A DNA stretch of 56,738 bases from positions 62,001-118,738 of the forward strand of contig CAUYUJ010000072.1 of NCBI GenBank assembly GCA_963575745.1, read 5' to 3'. How positions within the stretch are numbered: position 1 is the first letter of the stretch; every line of letters begins with the position of its first letter. The position numbers and the translations under genes are program-made. Shown here in pieces: positions 39,490 to 50,599 of the stretch. The notes below the pieces were generated by a model. The model was not told where the DNA came from. It worked only from the letters and a program-made list of their open reading frames with translations, and did not search any database. The stretch comes from Prorocentrum cordatum (lineage: Eukaryota).

Positions 39490-40204
39490 ACAGGCAGATA
39501 GACAGAAACCATCAACCGAAGTCTTGCGACAATACACAGATAACGCGACGGCACATCGATCGCGAACATTGCATCTCGGCCCTTGCGAGCTCTGTACTGC
39601 GCATGATCTAAAAGTTGCCAGGTGGTCCTGAACATATTTGAGTAGGCAGGGCATGTCGTAGCCCCTGCTGGGATCACGGACGCCACTGGTTCCCGATGGC
39701 CGCGAACTTCATTCTGTGCGTAGCGACGGCTTTGCTGCTACTGCAAGGTTTGTCACGCTCCATGCACGGAACTGTAAGAGGATCTGTGGAGTCGTCGGCA
39801 AAAGACGCCGATGCCAGCGTACTGTCACGGGCGGGACGTTTTAATTTCCACCAGTCGGTGGCTATAAATTCTGTCCATGCGGCTGCTCCTCTTATGAGCT
39901 TGGGTTCCCGAACGCATCTAGGTCGCGCCGGGCTGGCGGCGGCGCGAGCCCGGGAATCGCCTGGTGGTCGGCGAGAATTCGTCGAGACCACTGTGAGGGA
40001 GAGGCCGAGTGGGGCAGGAGGAGGGCTTGCAGCGCAGGGAAGGGCTTGTAGATCAGGATGGATATGTGTATCAGGCGGCGCCGCCTGAGTATATTGTCAA
40101 TGGAGGGAAGCTGGAATTTATGTACAAGTGCAAGCTCGCTTAGGCGGGGCTTCGCAGGGATCGGGGAACGGTTCTCATGGGCGACCCTGTGCACGGCGCA
40201 TATA

Positions 40205-40238
<34 letters not shown>

Positions 40239-41730
40239 TATATATGTATATATATATACACATATCTATATATACATATGTGTGTGTGTGGGTGCAGCCA
40301 TTGTATGTGCGTGCGCGAAGGCGTCCACAGATAAGAGTTATAGAACAGCACTGAAGGACGAGGGACTGCAAAAGTCGCTGCCTGAGATGCACGCTCATGT
40401 GTTGCACTGCGAAGACCTGCCGCACCAGGTTGTGATACACCGCGGATGCTTTCCGCAGGCGCGCACGTATGTCCAGGGCAGTAGACGCGACCCCAGACTG
40501 CATGGATCCTGAATGCTTATACTCGCTCACCGCGAGACACTCGATGCCTGGGACTCCAGTTAGGTCCAAGGCAAGGCGCTCGCCAATCATTGCCTCTGCC
40601 TAGGCGGCCCGTGCGCCCTTACCCATCAACATGATGAGGGCCTCTGACTTGCCAGGATTCCAATCAAGCTGCATGCCGTGCCTCGCCATGGTGGTGTGAG
40701 CCGGTTCGGCTACCAGGGCGACGTGGCTTCCCCAACTGGCACAGTGTAGCGTGCGTGGGGAAGGCGCTGGGCCGGTGGGCCCATGGCGGGCGGCTGGTTG
40801 AGTTCGTGAAGCGCTGTTCGAAGCTACCCCGGGGCCACGCTATCAACAGTGTTGAAAATCAAGGCGCCGAATCGGAAGCCTTGGCGTGAGCTCCTCGTCG
40901 TCCAGATGACCCTGCCCTCTGGGGGGAGCGCGAACCAGGTGTACTTGTGCAGGTCGGCCACTAAGCTGATGAGGTGCTCGGGGAATTCGATCTGCTGTGA
41001 GATGCCACCGTGCTGCATGGGGTAGTTGGCCAGGTGCGAGGCTGCCGTGTCGTCAACTCCCACTTGCTGGACCTGCGCGGTCAGGTCCGCCTGGGTGGTG
41101 GAGCCAGCTTCAAGGTGAAAGGCCATTTCGCGTACAAGCTTGTCGAAAGCCTCGTGAGGCCAAATAATAGAATGGTTGCGGGCCTCTTCTTGATGGCGGT
41201 CCTCTCGACGAAGCTCGACACGACGTGGTGGCCACGATTGGCTCCAGAGCACGCCACCCCACCGCACTGCTGCGAAGCTAGTGCTTCCTCAACTCGGCGT
41301 TGAGCAGAAGGGCACACGACGCCTGCGAAGATTTTCGAATTTTGATCGCCCACCAGGAGCCCTCGGTATATGTCGCACTCTGCCGTGTCGCCCTTTCCTG
41401 TGAAAAGTGTGGCGGACCTTCCCACGCGCCATGCCTCTGGGACGCCATTGGTCTGGATGGCGTCCTCGATGATTTCTGCTATGGGTCGGCTGCAAGGTCA
41501 CCGGCGGCCTTCCACACCTCGATCGCCAGGCCGTCGGGGCCTGTGTTCGCGATCAGCGACCAGCGCCTTTGCCTCATCGGCTTGGGCGAGACGTCGGTCG
41601 GTAGTCCTGCCTCGTCGTGCTGACCACATCCATGTGGAATTCGGCCACTGTCTCGCGCAGGCGCGCGCCCGACTCGCTCTCCCGGTCACGTGAAGAAGCC
41701 TCCATGCCTGGCGAAGCGAAAGGACCATAC
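39490..41730 (-). mobile_element. Decayed non-LTR retrotransposon (LINE) RT fragment
   Basis: Minus-strand fragments LFTGKGDTAECDIYRGLLV, QQCGG, AFDKLVRE, TRSSRQGFRFGALIFN, EYKHSGS...DIRARLRKA. Many frameshifts; a (TA)n tract interrupts at ~40200-40290. Confidence 0.85.
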
Positions 41731-41781
41731 CAGGAGGATGGTGATGATGGTGATGGTGATGAAGATGATGATGAAGATGGA

Positions 41782-41893
<112 letters not shown>

Positions 41894-43002
41894 TTGATGA
41901 TGTTGATGATGTTGATGATGTTGATGATGTTGATGATGCTGATGCTGATGATGATGATGACCATGATCATGATGATCATGATGATGACGATGAGAAGGAG
42001 GATGCGGATGAGGACGAGGACCAAGAGCAGCATGATAACGAATTGCAGGAGGGGGATACACCAGACGTGGTTTAACACCCGCGCCATTTCAGCGCCACGT
42101 GTGAACTCGCGCGGGTAGCGAACTCCACCTGATGCCTTTTGTGGACGTTCGGTGCAAGCGTTTGCGTTACAGTTGAGCTTCATCGAATGGCTTTGGGCCC
42201 ATCCCGCCGCCATGTTTGGGTTTTGGGTATGCGGCGTATTGGATGTTCGTTGGGATCTCGTGGGAGGCCTCTCGTGGGCCTCTCGGAGGCAGTTATCAGG
42301 CCTCTTGGGAGCGGTTTTGGGGCCTCCTAGTGCATCTTTGGGGTCTCTTAGGGTGCCTCTTGGAGGCCTCTTAGGGCCTCTTGGTCGCCTCTTGGGGCCT
42401 CCTGGGGACCTCTTGGGGCGAAAGGCTTGGATGTTCGGTTCGTTTTCCCTCTCTTGGGTCTCTCTTGGGGCTGTCTTATTGCTTTCTTGGGTCGTCTTGG
42501 GCCGTCTTGGGGCGCTCTTAGGCCGCCTTAGGGCAGTCTTAGAGGCCTCATGGGCCATCTTGGGGCGGTATTGGGGGCCTATTGGGCTCTTGGCCCGTCT
42601 TGGAGCGTCGGGAAGAAGAAAAGGCGAGAACGCCCAAATTCTTCAAACACCAAAGGACAATCAATGATGTTTGCTCTTTGGGACCTCTTGGGAGGCCTCT
42701 TGGGGCGTATTGGAGGCCTCTTGGGCCATCTTGGGGCCATCTTGGGCGTCTTGGAAATTGTCCGCCCGCTCCCCTCCTTACCCTCCCCGTCACCAACGCT
42801 GTCGTCGTCATCCGCCGCCTTGTCGACGCCATCATCCTTCACATCTTTCCCCCCGTACCAGCCCAATTGGCAAAATTGGCGCTTCCCGTTCTTGTCCGAT
42901 CAGGTTCGCCCCTCAAATTACATATCAATTGATTCCGAATGCCCGATTCGATACTGACCGATCTTGACCCTGCCTCGGACTTGCCCCCCCCGCCCCCGCG
43001 AG

Positions 43003-43130
43003 GCAGCGTGATCCGCCGTGGCAGGGTGATAGATAGGCAGCCCATCGGCGTGTGGGTAGACATCCACGCCGAGAGGTGGGCGTTTCTGGACGAGCCCCCC
43101 GAGCTCGCCTTCCGGCTCGATTACCGCGAG
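43003..43130 (+). CDS. Host S1-domain gene exon (GSVIRRGRVIDRQPIGVWVDIHAERWAFLDEPPELAFRLDYRE)
   Basis: cgcgag|G acceptor, GAG|ga donor; N-terminal half of an S1 repeat (GxV...GVWVDI...AFL). Confidence 0.75.
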
Positions 43131-43868
43131 GACCAGTCGAAGAACCAAGCGTCGGGGGCGTCGAGGGGGGTGGGGACTAGGATTCTGCGGATATCGTGGC
43201 CGGGACAATGAGATTTGCCAAATGTCATGGCCCCCTTTCCTTGTTCTTTCAACACGTTTCCTGGCACCCCCTCGTCCGCGCACATTTGCCTCGGGCCATG
43301 ATGCGCCAACTGCCCTCTTCGTGGCCTTTCTCTTCGGCGCACCCGAACCACTATTTGAACATAACATTCGGTGGTCCGTGAGGATTTTTCGGATTCGCAC
43401 TGTCCCCCCCCCCCCCCGCGGCGCTTCCGACGCCGCCCCTGGCAAGCTCCGCGCCCGCGCGCCAGGGGGCGTATCTAGCGGCGCCGATCCAAGGAATCCG
43501 CGCGGACCTTCGAAGTTGTTTTTCACATGTTGTGTTGCTTCTCGACTTTCCTGTGGGTGGTCCTTAGTTAAGAGGGTTAGCACCATGCGTGCGTGTGTGT
43601 GTGTGTGTTGTGTGTGGGTGTCCCCCCGCTCAGCTCCACCGACAGCACGCGGCCTGTGCTGTTCCTCGTGTGACCGCCTGCATCGTGTTGAACGTTTTTG
43701 TTCCACAACCACACGGTGGCGCCAACACACGTCCTGAGGATCCTCGATTACCTCCTCCTTCTATGTAATTGCTACTCTCCCTTATTCCCCTTCATTCGCA
43801 TCTTCCCTCCTGTTTCCTCCTCCATCCTTTCTTCTTTCCTCTTCCCGCTCCTCACCTGGTCCTGCTCT

Positions 43869-43890
43869 TCCGGTGCGATTTTGGCTCAAG
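43869..43890 (+). other. Relict dinoflagellate spliced leader
   Basis: tccggtgcgattttggctcaag is 19/22 identical to TCCGTAGCCATTTTGGCTCAAG. Confidence 0.85.
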
Positions 43891-44054
43891 TGCGATCAGG
43901 GGCGATTGCGCGCCAGCGGGCAGCTCACTTCAGTGGGCATTTCGGGTGTCGTGCCCGAACGGATCTCACTTCGCCTCTTTTTCTTCGTTGCTCCACCCGC
44001 CCGCATCGCTTTGTTGCGCCATGGCCTTCGCTGCTGAAACGATGGAGAAAGGCA

Positions 44055-44097
<43 letters not shown>

Positions 44098-45150
44098 GTA
44101 CATACATATATATATATACAAGACTGCAGTGGCGCTTCGCGCCATGCACCTTGGTCCTTGCAGTTTGGAATGCAGGCGGAATGGCAGGAAGGTCAAGCCG
44201 ACAATTTAGCGATAACTCCTGGTTGCCTTTTCCGGCATCGCCGCTATAATGATGTTTTTCGTTATCCTTCCTCCATGCTTATTGTTCCGTATGTTCGCCA
44301 TACCCTGCGCATTCTCCCCATCCTCCTCAGCTCTTTTTTGCGGAGGTTCCTCCTTGGAGAGCCTCTAGGGGCCTCACAAAAGTTGTTTCGGGCTTTCTTA
44401 AGGCCTTCTGGAGGCCTCCTGGGCGTATTCTGGGGGCCTCCGGGGGCTTCCTCGGGCCACCCTGCCTCCAATCGCGGTCTCCCCGAACGACCGAATCACG
44501 ATTTGGAATTCTTCGGAGGGTGTCTTTGGGCCATCTTTGGCCGCCATGGGGCTCTCTGAGGGCCATCTTGGACCCGTGTTGTGCCTTTTGGGGGCTCTCT
44601 TGGACTGCCTGGAAGCCCTTTCGGATGGTTGTGGGGCGATTTGGGAGCCTCCCAGGCGGCTTCGGACGCTCAGAAGACCGCTGTCTTGGAGCGTCGGGAA
44701 GCCGAAAAGAGGATAACCCCAAAAGTCATCAAACACCCACAGAAAATCAATGATTGTTGCCTCGGGGGGCCTTCTTGGGAGTGCTCTTGGAGGTCTCTTT
44801 GGGGCCGTCCTGGAGGCCTCTTGGGCCATCTTGAGGTCACGTCGGTCACTCTTGGAGCGCTCTTGTGCTGTCGTGGGGGTCTCTGGGACGTCTCGGATGA
44901 CCCCCCTGATCGCCTTAAGTGTGCTGGGAAGGCTTGGCAAAACGCCTTGCGAGGCCCGGTGGCCGCTTCGAGGCCCGTCTGGAGGGCCCCAAAACACCAG
45001 GTCCAGGGAGTCCGGTTTGGGGGGGGGGAAACGGGCTTTCCCCCCGCTTGGGCTTATGCCAAGTGTTTGTCACGCCTTTGTTAGCCAATGTCTCGGGGAT
45101 GGGCCGCCTTGGGGTTGCACGTGATCTCTGTATCACGACGGATCTGTCTA

Positions 45151-45172
45151 TCCGTGACCCTGTTGGCTCAAG
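45151..45172 (+). other. Relict dinoflagellate spliced leader upstream of the gag-like fragment
   Basis: tccgtgaccctgttggctcaag is 18/22 identical to dinoSL. Confidence 0.75.
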
Positions 45173-45515
45173 CGAGAGCACGGTTCGATGCTGAACCGTG
45201 CGACCGATTGGCTCGGAGCGGGCGTCATCTCCTAGCTCAGTCGTTGCCCCGCCGCGCCCTCCTGCCCAGAGTGCCCGCCATACACCTGCCAGCTGACGTG
45301 CCCAGCGGCGCCGAGCTGCCCAGCGTGCCCAGGGGCGCCTACGCCAGTGCAGGCGACCTGCCCTGAGCCTCCGGCTTGTCCGACGCTCGAGGCGCCGGCT
45401 GCCGCGGGGCGTCTCTGGGGCCTCCTCGCTGGCGCTCTCGCGTCCATCACGGCCTCGGGCTTCCTCATCGCGATCGGCTGGTGCGGCACCCTGAGCCTCG
45501 GGACCACTCGCCGCC

Positions 45516-45840
45516 ATGGCGTCAGGAGTCGTCCAGCTCTGGGCATGGATCCTGCACAGCGGGGAACGAGAATGGCAGCAGCGACGGGTCTTGGGCCACT
45601 TGCAGCCGCCGGGAGCGACTCCGGTCAATGACCTTCTGATCGTGTGCGCGACGCCGGACGCCGACGTCTACTTCGAGCTGGTGGACGGCACGAGCCCGGA
45701 CTACCAGGCTGTGAGGTTCTCGCCGGATCGGCGCACCATCCCCCCAGGGATTGCGCGTGGTCAGACCTACCGTTTCAGGAGACAGCCCACAGCTGCGGAG
45801 CTCGGCGCGTTCATGGGTCAGGCCCGACAGGAGGCCATGA
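45516..45840 (+). pseudogene. Truncated N-terminal gag-like ORF of a second DIRS-like element
   Basis: EWQQRRVLG...VCATPDADVYFE...PPG...YRF resembles, from recall, the WHER...TPDxDxY N-terminus of dinoflagellate YR-element ORFs. Cut at ~45840 by the dispersed ccaagagg repeat. Confidence 0.45.
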
Positions 45841-47380
45841 TTTTGTTAAGGGTTTCAGCGTTTTCGCCTTTTCGGAGCCTCGACGCTCCGAGCTGGCCCC
45901 AGGGCGCCCAAGGTCGCGCAAAGATGGCCCAAGAGGCCACGTAGAGAGCTCCCAGACAGACCAAGAGGCCCGCAAGACGGCCCAAGAGGCCCCAAGGCGG
46001 CCCAAGACGACCCCAAGAGGGCCACACGAACTCGAAGTAGCAGTTCGCGCCCTCCGTTCCAGGATGATCCCAGAAACGGCCAGCAGGCCCCCAAGAGGCC
46101 CCCCAGACGCCCCAGAAGGCCCCAAAGTGCTGGAAGACGGCCCAAGACGGCCCCGATCGCCCCCGGACGCGTCAGGAGCGCCCCATGAGGGCCCCTATGA
46201 TGGCCCAAGACGGCCCCAGGACGGACGGCCCAAGACGGCGCAAGAGTCACCTGAGGCAGCCCCAAGGGCGGCCAAAGACGGCCCCCAATACAGCCCAAAG
46301 ACAGCCCCAGGGGCGTCCAAGACAGCTCCAGACGGCCCCAAGACGGCCCAAGGGGCACCCAAGACGGCCTAAGAGGGTACCAAGAAGCCCCCAGGAGGCC
46401 GAAAAGAAACCCCGAAAGGCCCCCAAACGGTTCCCAAGGAGAAGGGAGCGCCCGCCATCAGTGGCCGCATAGGGAGCGTTGCCCTCCTCCGTGGGTGCGG
46501 GCGCGAGTGAAAGAGCGCCGAATAATACATAGCAACATGGGCACTACTTCCCTTTGATATTGCCTCCCAGCTCCAAGGCGTCCTTCGCCGCTGCCGCCCA
46601 AGTGAGTCGAGATACACCAGAGGCCTCCAGTGAGCGCAGTCCCCAACGCAGTCTCACCCAGAGGGGCGCGGAGACGGCGCCCAAAAGGACGTGCCTCCCT
46701 GCGCGTCCACAGTGAGCCCCCATGCACAGCCCACCGTGCGACATTTTGAGCGCCCTGGGGCAGCATCGATCTCTCTCGTGGGCACGAAGCAGACAGCAGC
46801 AGCGGCGGCACACAGCAGCAGCAAGCAGCGACATGCAGCGGGTAGAAGCACGCACCAAGCGGAACTGGCCATCAGCAACAACCTGCAGCCACAAGCAGCA
46901 AGAACACGCAGCAGCGGCCTCAAGCACTACCAAGAGTACAAGAAAACGGTAGCAAGCAGCAGCACGCAGTGGCATGCGCGGAATGTGAGGCCGGGCCCCG
47001 CAATCAGATGCCAGTTCGTGCAGATTTCGTGGACGGAGTCCACGGGTCAGTCCTACCGACGTCGCCAGCCTCCTTCCGGTGCCCACAACCCACGACGACG
47101 ACCACCACCACCACCACCACCACGATAACGACGCCGACTACGACGGGTACGACGGCGGCCTCGCGGCGGCGACGACAACGACGCCGACGATGACGGCGAC
47201 GGCGGCGGCCCCGCGACGGCCAAACAGCTGGAGCGCTGCTAGAGCTCGGACACGAAGACGCGGTCTCGCTGCCGCCGCCCCAGCTGCCGCCGTGCTTTTA
47301 GGCTGTCGGCTAAATCTCTGCCGTTCCTCCGAGAACCATTCCAGAAAGATGTCGTAGACGGAGTCCACGGGTCGGCCCCA

Positions 47381-47485
47381 GTCAACTACAGCACGGGCAT
47401 CAGCGCGTGCGGGAAGGGCGGGCAGTGGCAGTGGGCTCTGGCGCTGCTCAGCGAGGTGCAGGCGAAGCTGGAACCCGACGTCGTC
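47381..47485 (+). pseudogene. Isolated pentatricopeptide repeat (PPR) motif relic
   Basis: Translates as VNYSTGISACGKGGQWQWALALLSEVQAKLEPDVV, a PPR-consensus-like 35-mer. Confidence 0.8.
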
Positions 47486-48591
47486 TGCCCTGCACTGCAG
47501 GAGCAGGCGCACGCGAGACGGGCCTGGGACCCGACTCGCCTTTTTTGGGCCCCCCTCGGTGGCTCCCGGAGGCGCCCAGAGGCCCCACGAAAGCCACATC
47601 TGCTTCACGCGAGCGCCACGACGCCACCAGGTGCCCCTGAGACGACTCGCCATGGCCCCTAAGAGCCTCAGAGGGCACGAAGACGCCCCAATATGCTTCC
47701 GAAGGATCCCCAAGAGGGCATCCAGACGCAAGAACGTGTGATTTCCACATGGGTTAGGACGTGTTTTCTTATGCTGGCTGTTTCGGGCCTCAGGTCGCCG
47801 GGGACGGCCCAAGAGGTTCCCGAAACCGCCCGAAGACGACCCCGGAGGCCCCGATGAGGGCTCCAAGACACCCCAAGAGGCCAACCAGCAACAACAAGTT
47901 GCAGCGACCATCAGCAACGGCCCAATGCCATCAAGAACAACAAGCAGCAAACCACGCAGCAGCGGCAAGCGGTAGCGGCTGGCAGCAGCAGCAGCAGCAC
48001 GCAGCCCCAGCACGTAGCAGCAAGCAACACCAATCAAGCACGATTGACCAGCACCAAGCAGCAGCACGCGGCAGGACAGAGTCGCAGTAATCAGCGGCAC
48101 GCGCTAGCAGACACCAGCCAGAGGCGGCAAGACATACTAGTTAACAACGAGTGGTAGCAAGCACGCAGCAGCAAACAACATGAAGCAGCAGCAAGCATCA
48201 GCAACGGGCGAGAACGCAAAGCGAGCAGTCCACGAGCTGTCAAGCCACCAGGCAAGCGATCTCGCAAGTGGAGGGCGAGCACCGGTCGTGAAGCAGGCAA
48301 ATGGCGGCCACCCTTGCGCGCGAGATTCGGCTTCTTGGTGGCCGCTGGGAGGGCCCCGATCCGATCAGACCTCCCGCCGTGCATCCAGTCCTCAGGGCCC
48401 ACCCTGATCGGCTACAGTCAACGCGCCCAGGAATGACGCGCGCCTTCGTCCAGGGTACCCTTGTGTCCTTGCCTCTGCGGCCCGTTCTTTGCCCTTTTCA
48501 CCGGTCGCCCACCGCCCAGAAAATCCTAATGGCATTGCGTCCTTACCACCCGTCCTCACTACACGTTTTCACTGTACGGCGCCAGGATGGC

Positions 48592-48815
48592 GCATGCGAG
48601 GGAGAAGAGCAGTGGCAGCGGGCCGCACTGCCGCTGTTTTAGATGATGCGGGAGTGGAAAATCCGAAGCCGGCTGCCGCGGGCCACTGTGCGGCGGCGGG
48701 CGGTTACGAGGAGAATCGGCAGCGGCTTTCGTCGCTGCTCTTCGAGCCGCTGGAGGCAGGGGCGGAGCCAACCACTGTCGCCCAGAGCGCCACAGTTCGA
48801 GCCCCTGTCGACGGC
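48592..48815 (+). pseudogene. Degenerate PPR relics
   Basis: ACEGEEQWQRAALPLF and YEENRQRLSSLLFEPLEAGAEPTTVAQSATV in different frames. Confidence 0.5.
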
Positions 48816-48859
48816 ATGCTCGGCGACGGGTCGCCCGAGGCCGACTCTGGTTGTCATGA

Positions 48860-49510
48860 GCTCCTCCTCCGCCTCCTCCTCTCCTCGCCCTCCTCCTCCT
48901 CCTCCTCCTCCTCCTCCTCCTCCTCTTCTCCTTCGCCTCCGCCTCCTCCTCCTCCTCCCCTCCTCCCCTCCCTCCCCCCTCCTCCTCCCTCCTCCTCCTC
49001 CCTCCTCCTCCTCCTCACCTGCCCCCTCCTCTTCGCTCCTCACTCCTCCTCCTCCTCCTCCTCCTCTTCCTCCCCTCCTCCTCCCTCCCCCTCACTCACT
49101 CCTCCTCCTCCTCCTCCTCCTCCGTCCTCCTCCTCCTCCGCCTCCCCCTCCCTCCTCCTCCCCTCCTCCTCCTCTCCCTCCCCTCCTCCTCCTCCTCCTC
49201 CTCCTTCCGTCCCCCTCCCACCTCCTCCTCCTCCTCCTCCTCCTCCTCCTCCTCTTCCTCCTCCTCCTCCTCCCCCTCCTCCTCCTTCTCCTCCTCCTCT
49301 TCCTCCTCCTCCTCCTCCTCCTCCGTGCGAGCCAGCTGAGAAGGTGCAGCGGGATCTGCGCTGCTCGGCCCTGTGCGCCCTCGGGAGGACTGCAGGGATT
49401 ACTGGCATCACAAGAGTGACGAGCGCGCCCGCGGGGGGAGGAGGAGTCGAGGAAGAGGAGGAGGAGGAGGAGGAGGAGTAGGAGGAGGAGGTGGAGGAGG
49501 AGGAGGAACT
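48860..49510. repeat. (CCT)n/(AGG)n microsatellites (also 5423-5515, 50350-50597, 55427-55835)
   Basis: Direct reading. Confidence 0.9.
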
Positions 49511-49542
49511 GGGAGGAGAGCGAGGAGGCGCCCCCGCGGCAG

Positions 49543-49634
49543 GAGGTGATGGACGTTGTTGTCGAGGGCGTCAACCGCAACACCGGCGTCGCGGACGTGA
49601 AGATCCGCGATCTGGCGCGCAAGGTGCAGGGGAG
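49543..49634 (+). CDS. Host S1-domain gene exon (EVMDVVVEGVNRNTGVADVKIRDLARKVQGR)
   Basis: ggcag|G acceptor in phase 0 matching the 43130 donor; AG|gc donor; C-terminal half of the same S1 repeat. Confidence 0.7.
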
Positions 49635-50452
49635 GCCCGAGCCCGTCGACGGGCCCTCGCCTCCGCGGGCCCTGCCCTCGTCGCAGGCTGCGGCCAGGGG
49701 CCCGGCCTCCTCGGGGGGGGGGGGGGCACGGCGAGTGGTGGAATCGGGGAGGGGGGGGGACAGAACGGGGGGGACGGGGGGCGGGGGATGGGGAGCGGCG
49801 AGGAAAGGGAACAGGGGGGAAAAGAGGGAGGGAAGAAGGAGGGAGCAGGGGCCATTCGTATCCGGGGGCCGACAGGGTGGGAGGGGGGGAAGGTGGGGGA
49901 CCAACGCAAGGAGGAGACAAGAGGAGGAGGAGCAGGAGGAGGAGGAGGGAGGAGGGGAGGGGGGAGGGAGGATGGGCAGGAAGGAAAGAAGGGACGAGGA
50001 GGAGGGAGGATGGGAGGGGGAGGAGGGAGGGATTCCAGGAAGGGGGCTGGCATATAGGACTTGCGGTTGGAACTCCGGTCCTTCAGCCGCACTCCCACCA
50101 CGGCGTGGACGAGCAACCGCCCCGCTGGGCCCACGGCAGCCACGCCAGGTGTGCTGGAAGTTACCGCACAGCGGTCCGTTCCTCCCAGGGGAGGGGGAGT
50201 AGGAGAAGGTATGTTGGGCGCAGGTGAGTATGGGGGGAGGATGGGGCGGGATCGGGGGAGACAGTGGGGAGGGAAGGGGCGGGACAGAAGGGAGGAAGGG
50301 TGGGAGGGAAGAGGGAGGATAAAAGCGAGAGCCAATGTACGCGGAAGGGGAGGAGGAGGAGGAGGAGAAGGAGGAGGAGGAGGAGCAACAGCAGCAGAAG
50401 GAGGAGTCGGAGGAGGAGGAGGAGGAGGAGGACGAGGAGGAGAGACGCCAGC

Positions 50453-50484
<32 letters not shown>

Positions 50485-50599
50485 CTCCTCCTCCTCCTCC
50501 TCCTCCTCCTCCTCCTCCTCATCCTGCTCATCCTTCTCCTCCTCCTCGTCCTCTTGTTCCTCCTCCTCCTCCTCCTCCTCCTCCTTTTCCTCCTCCTGC

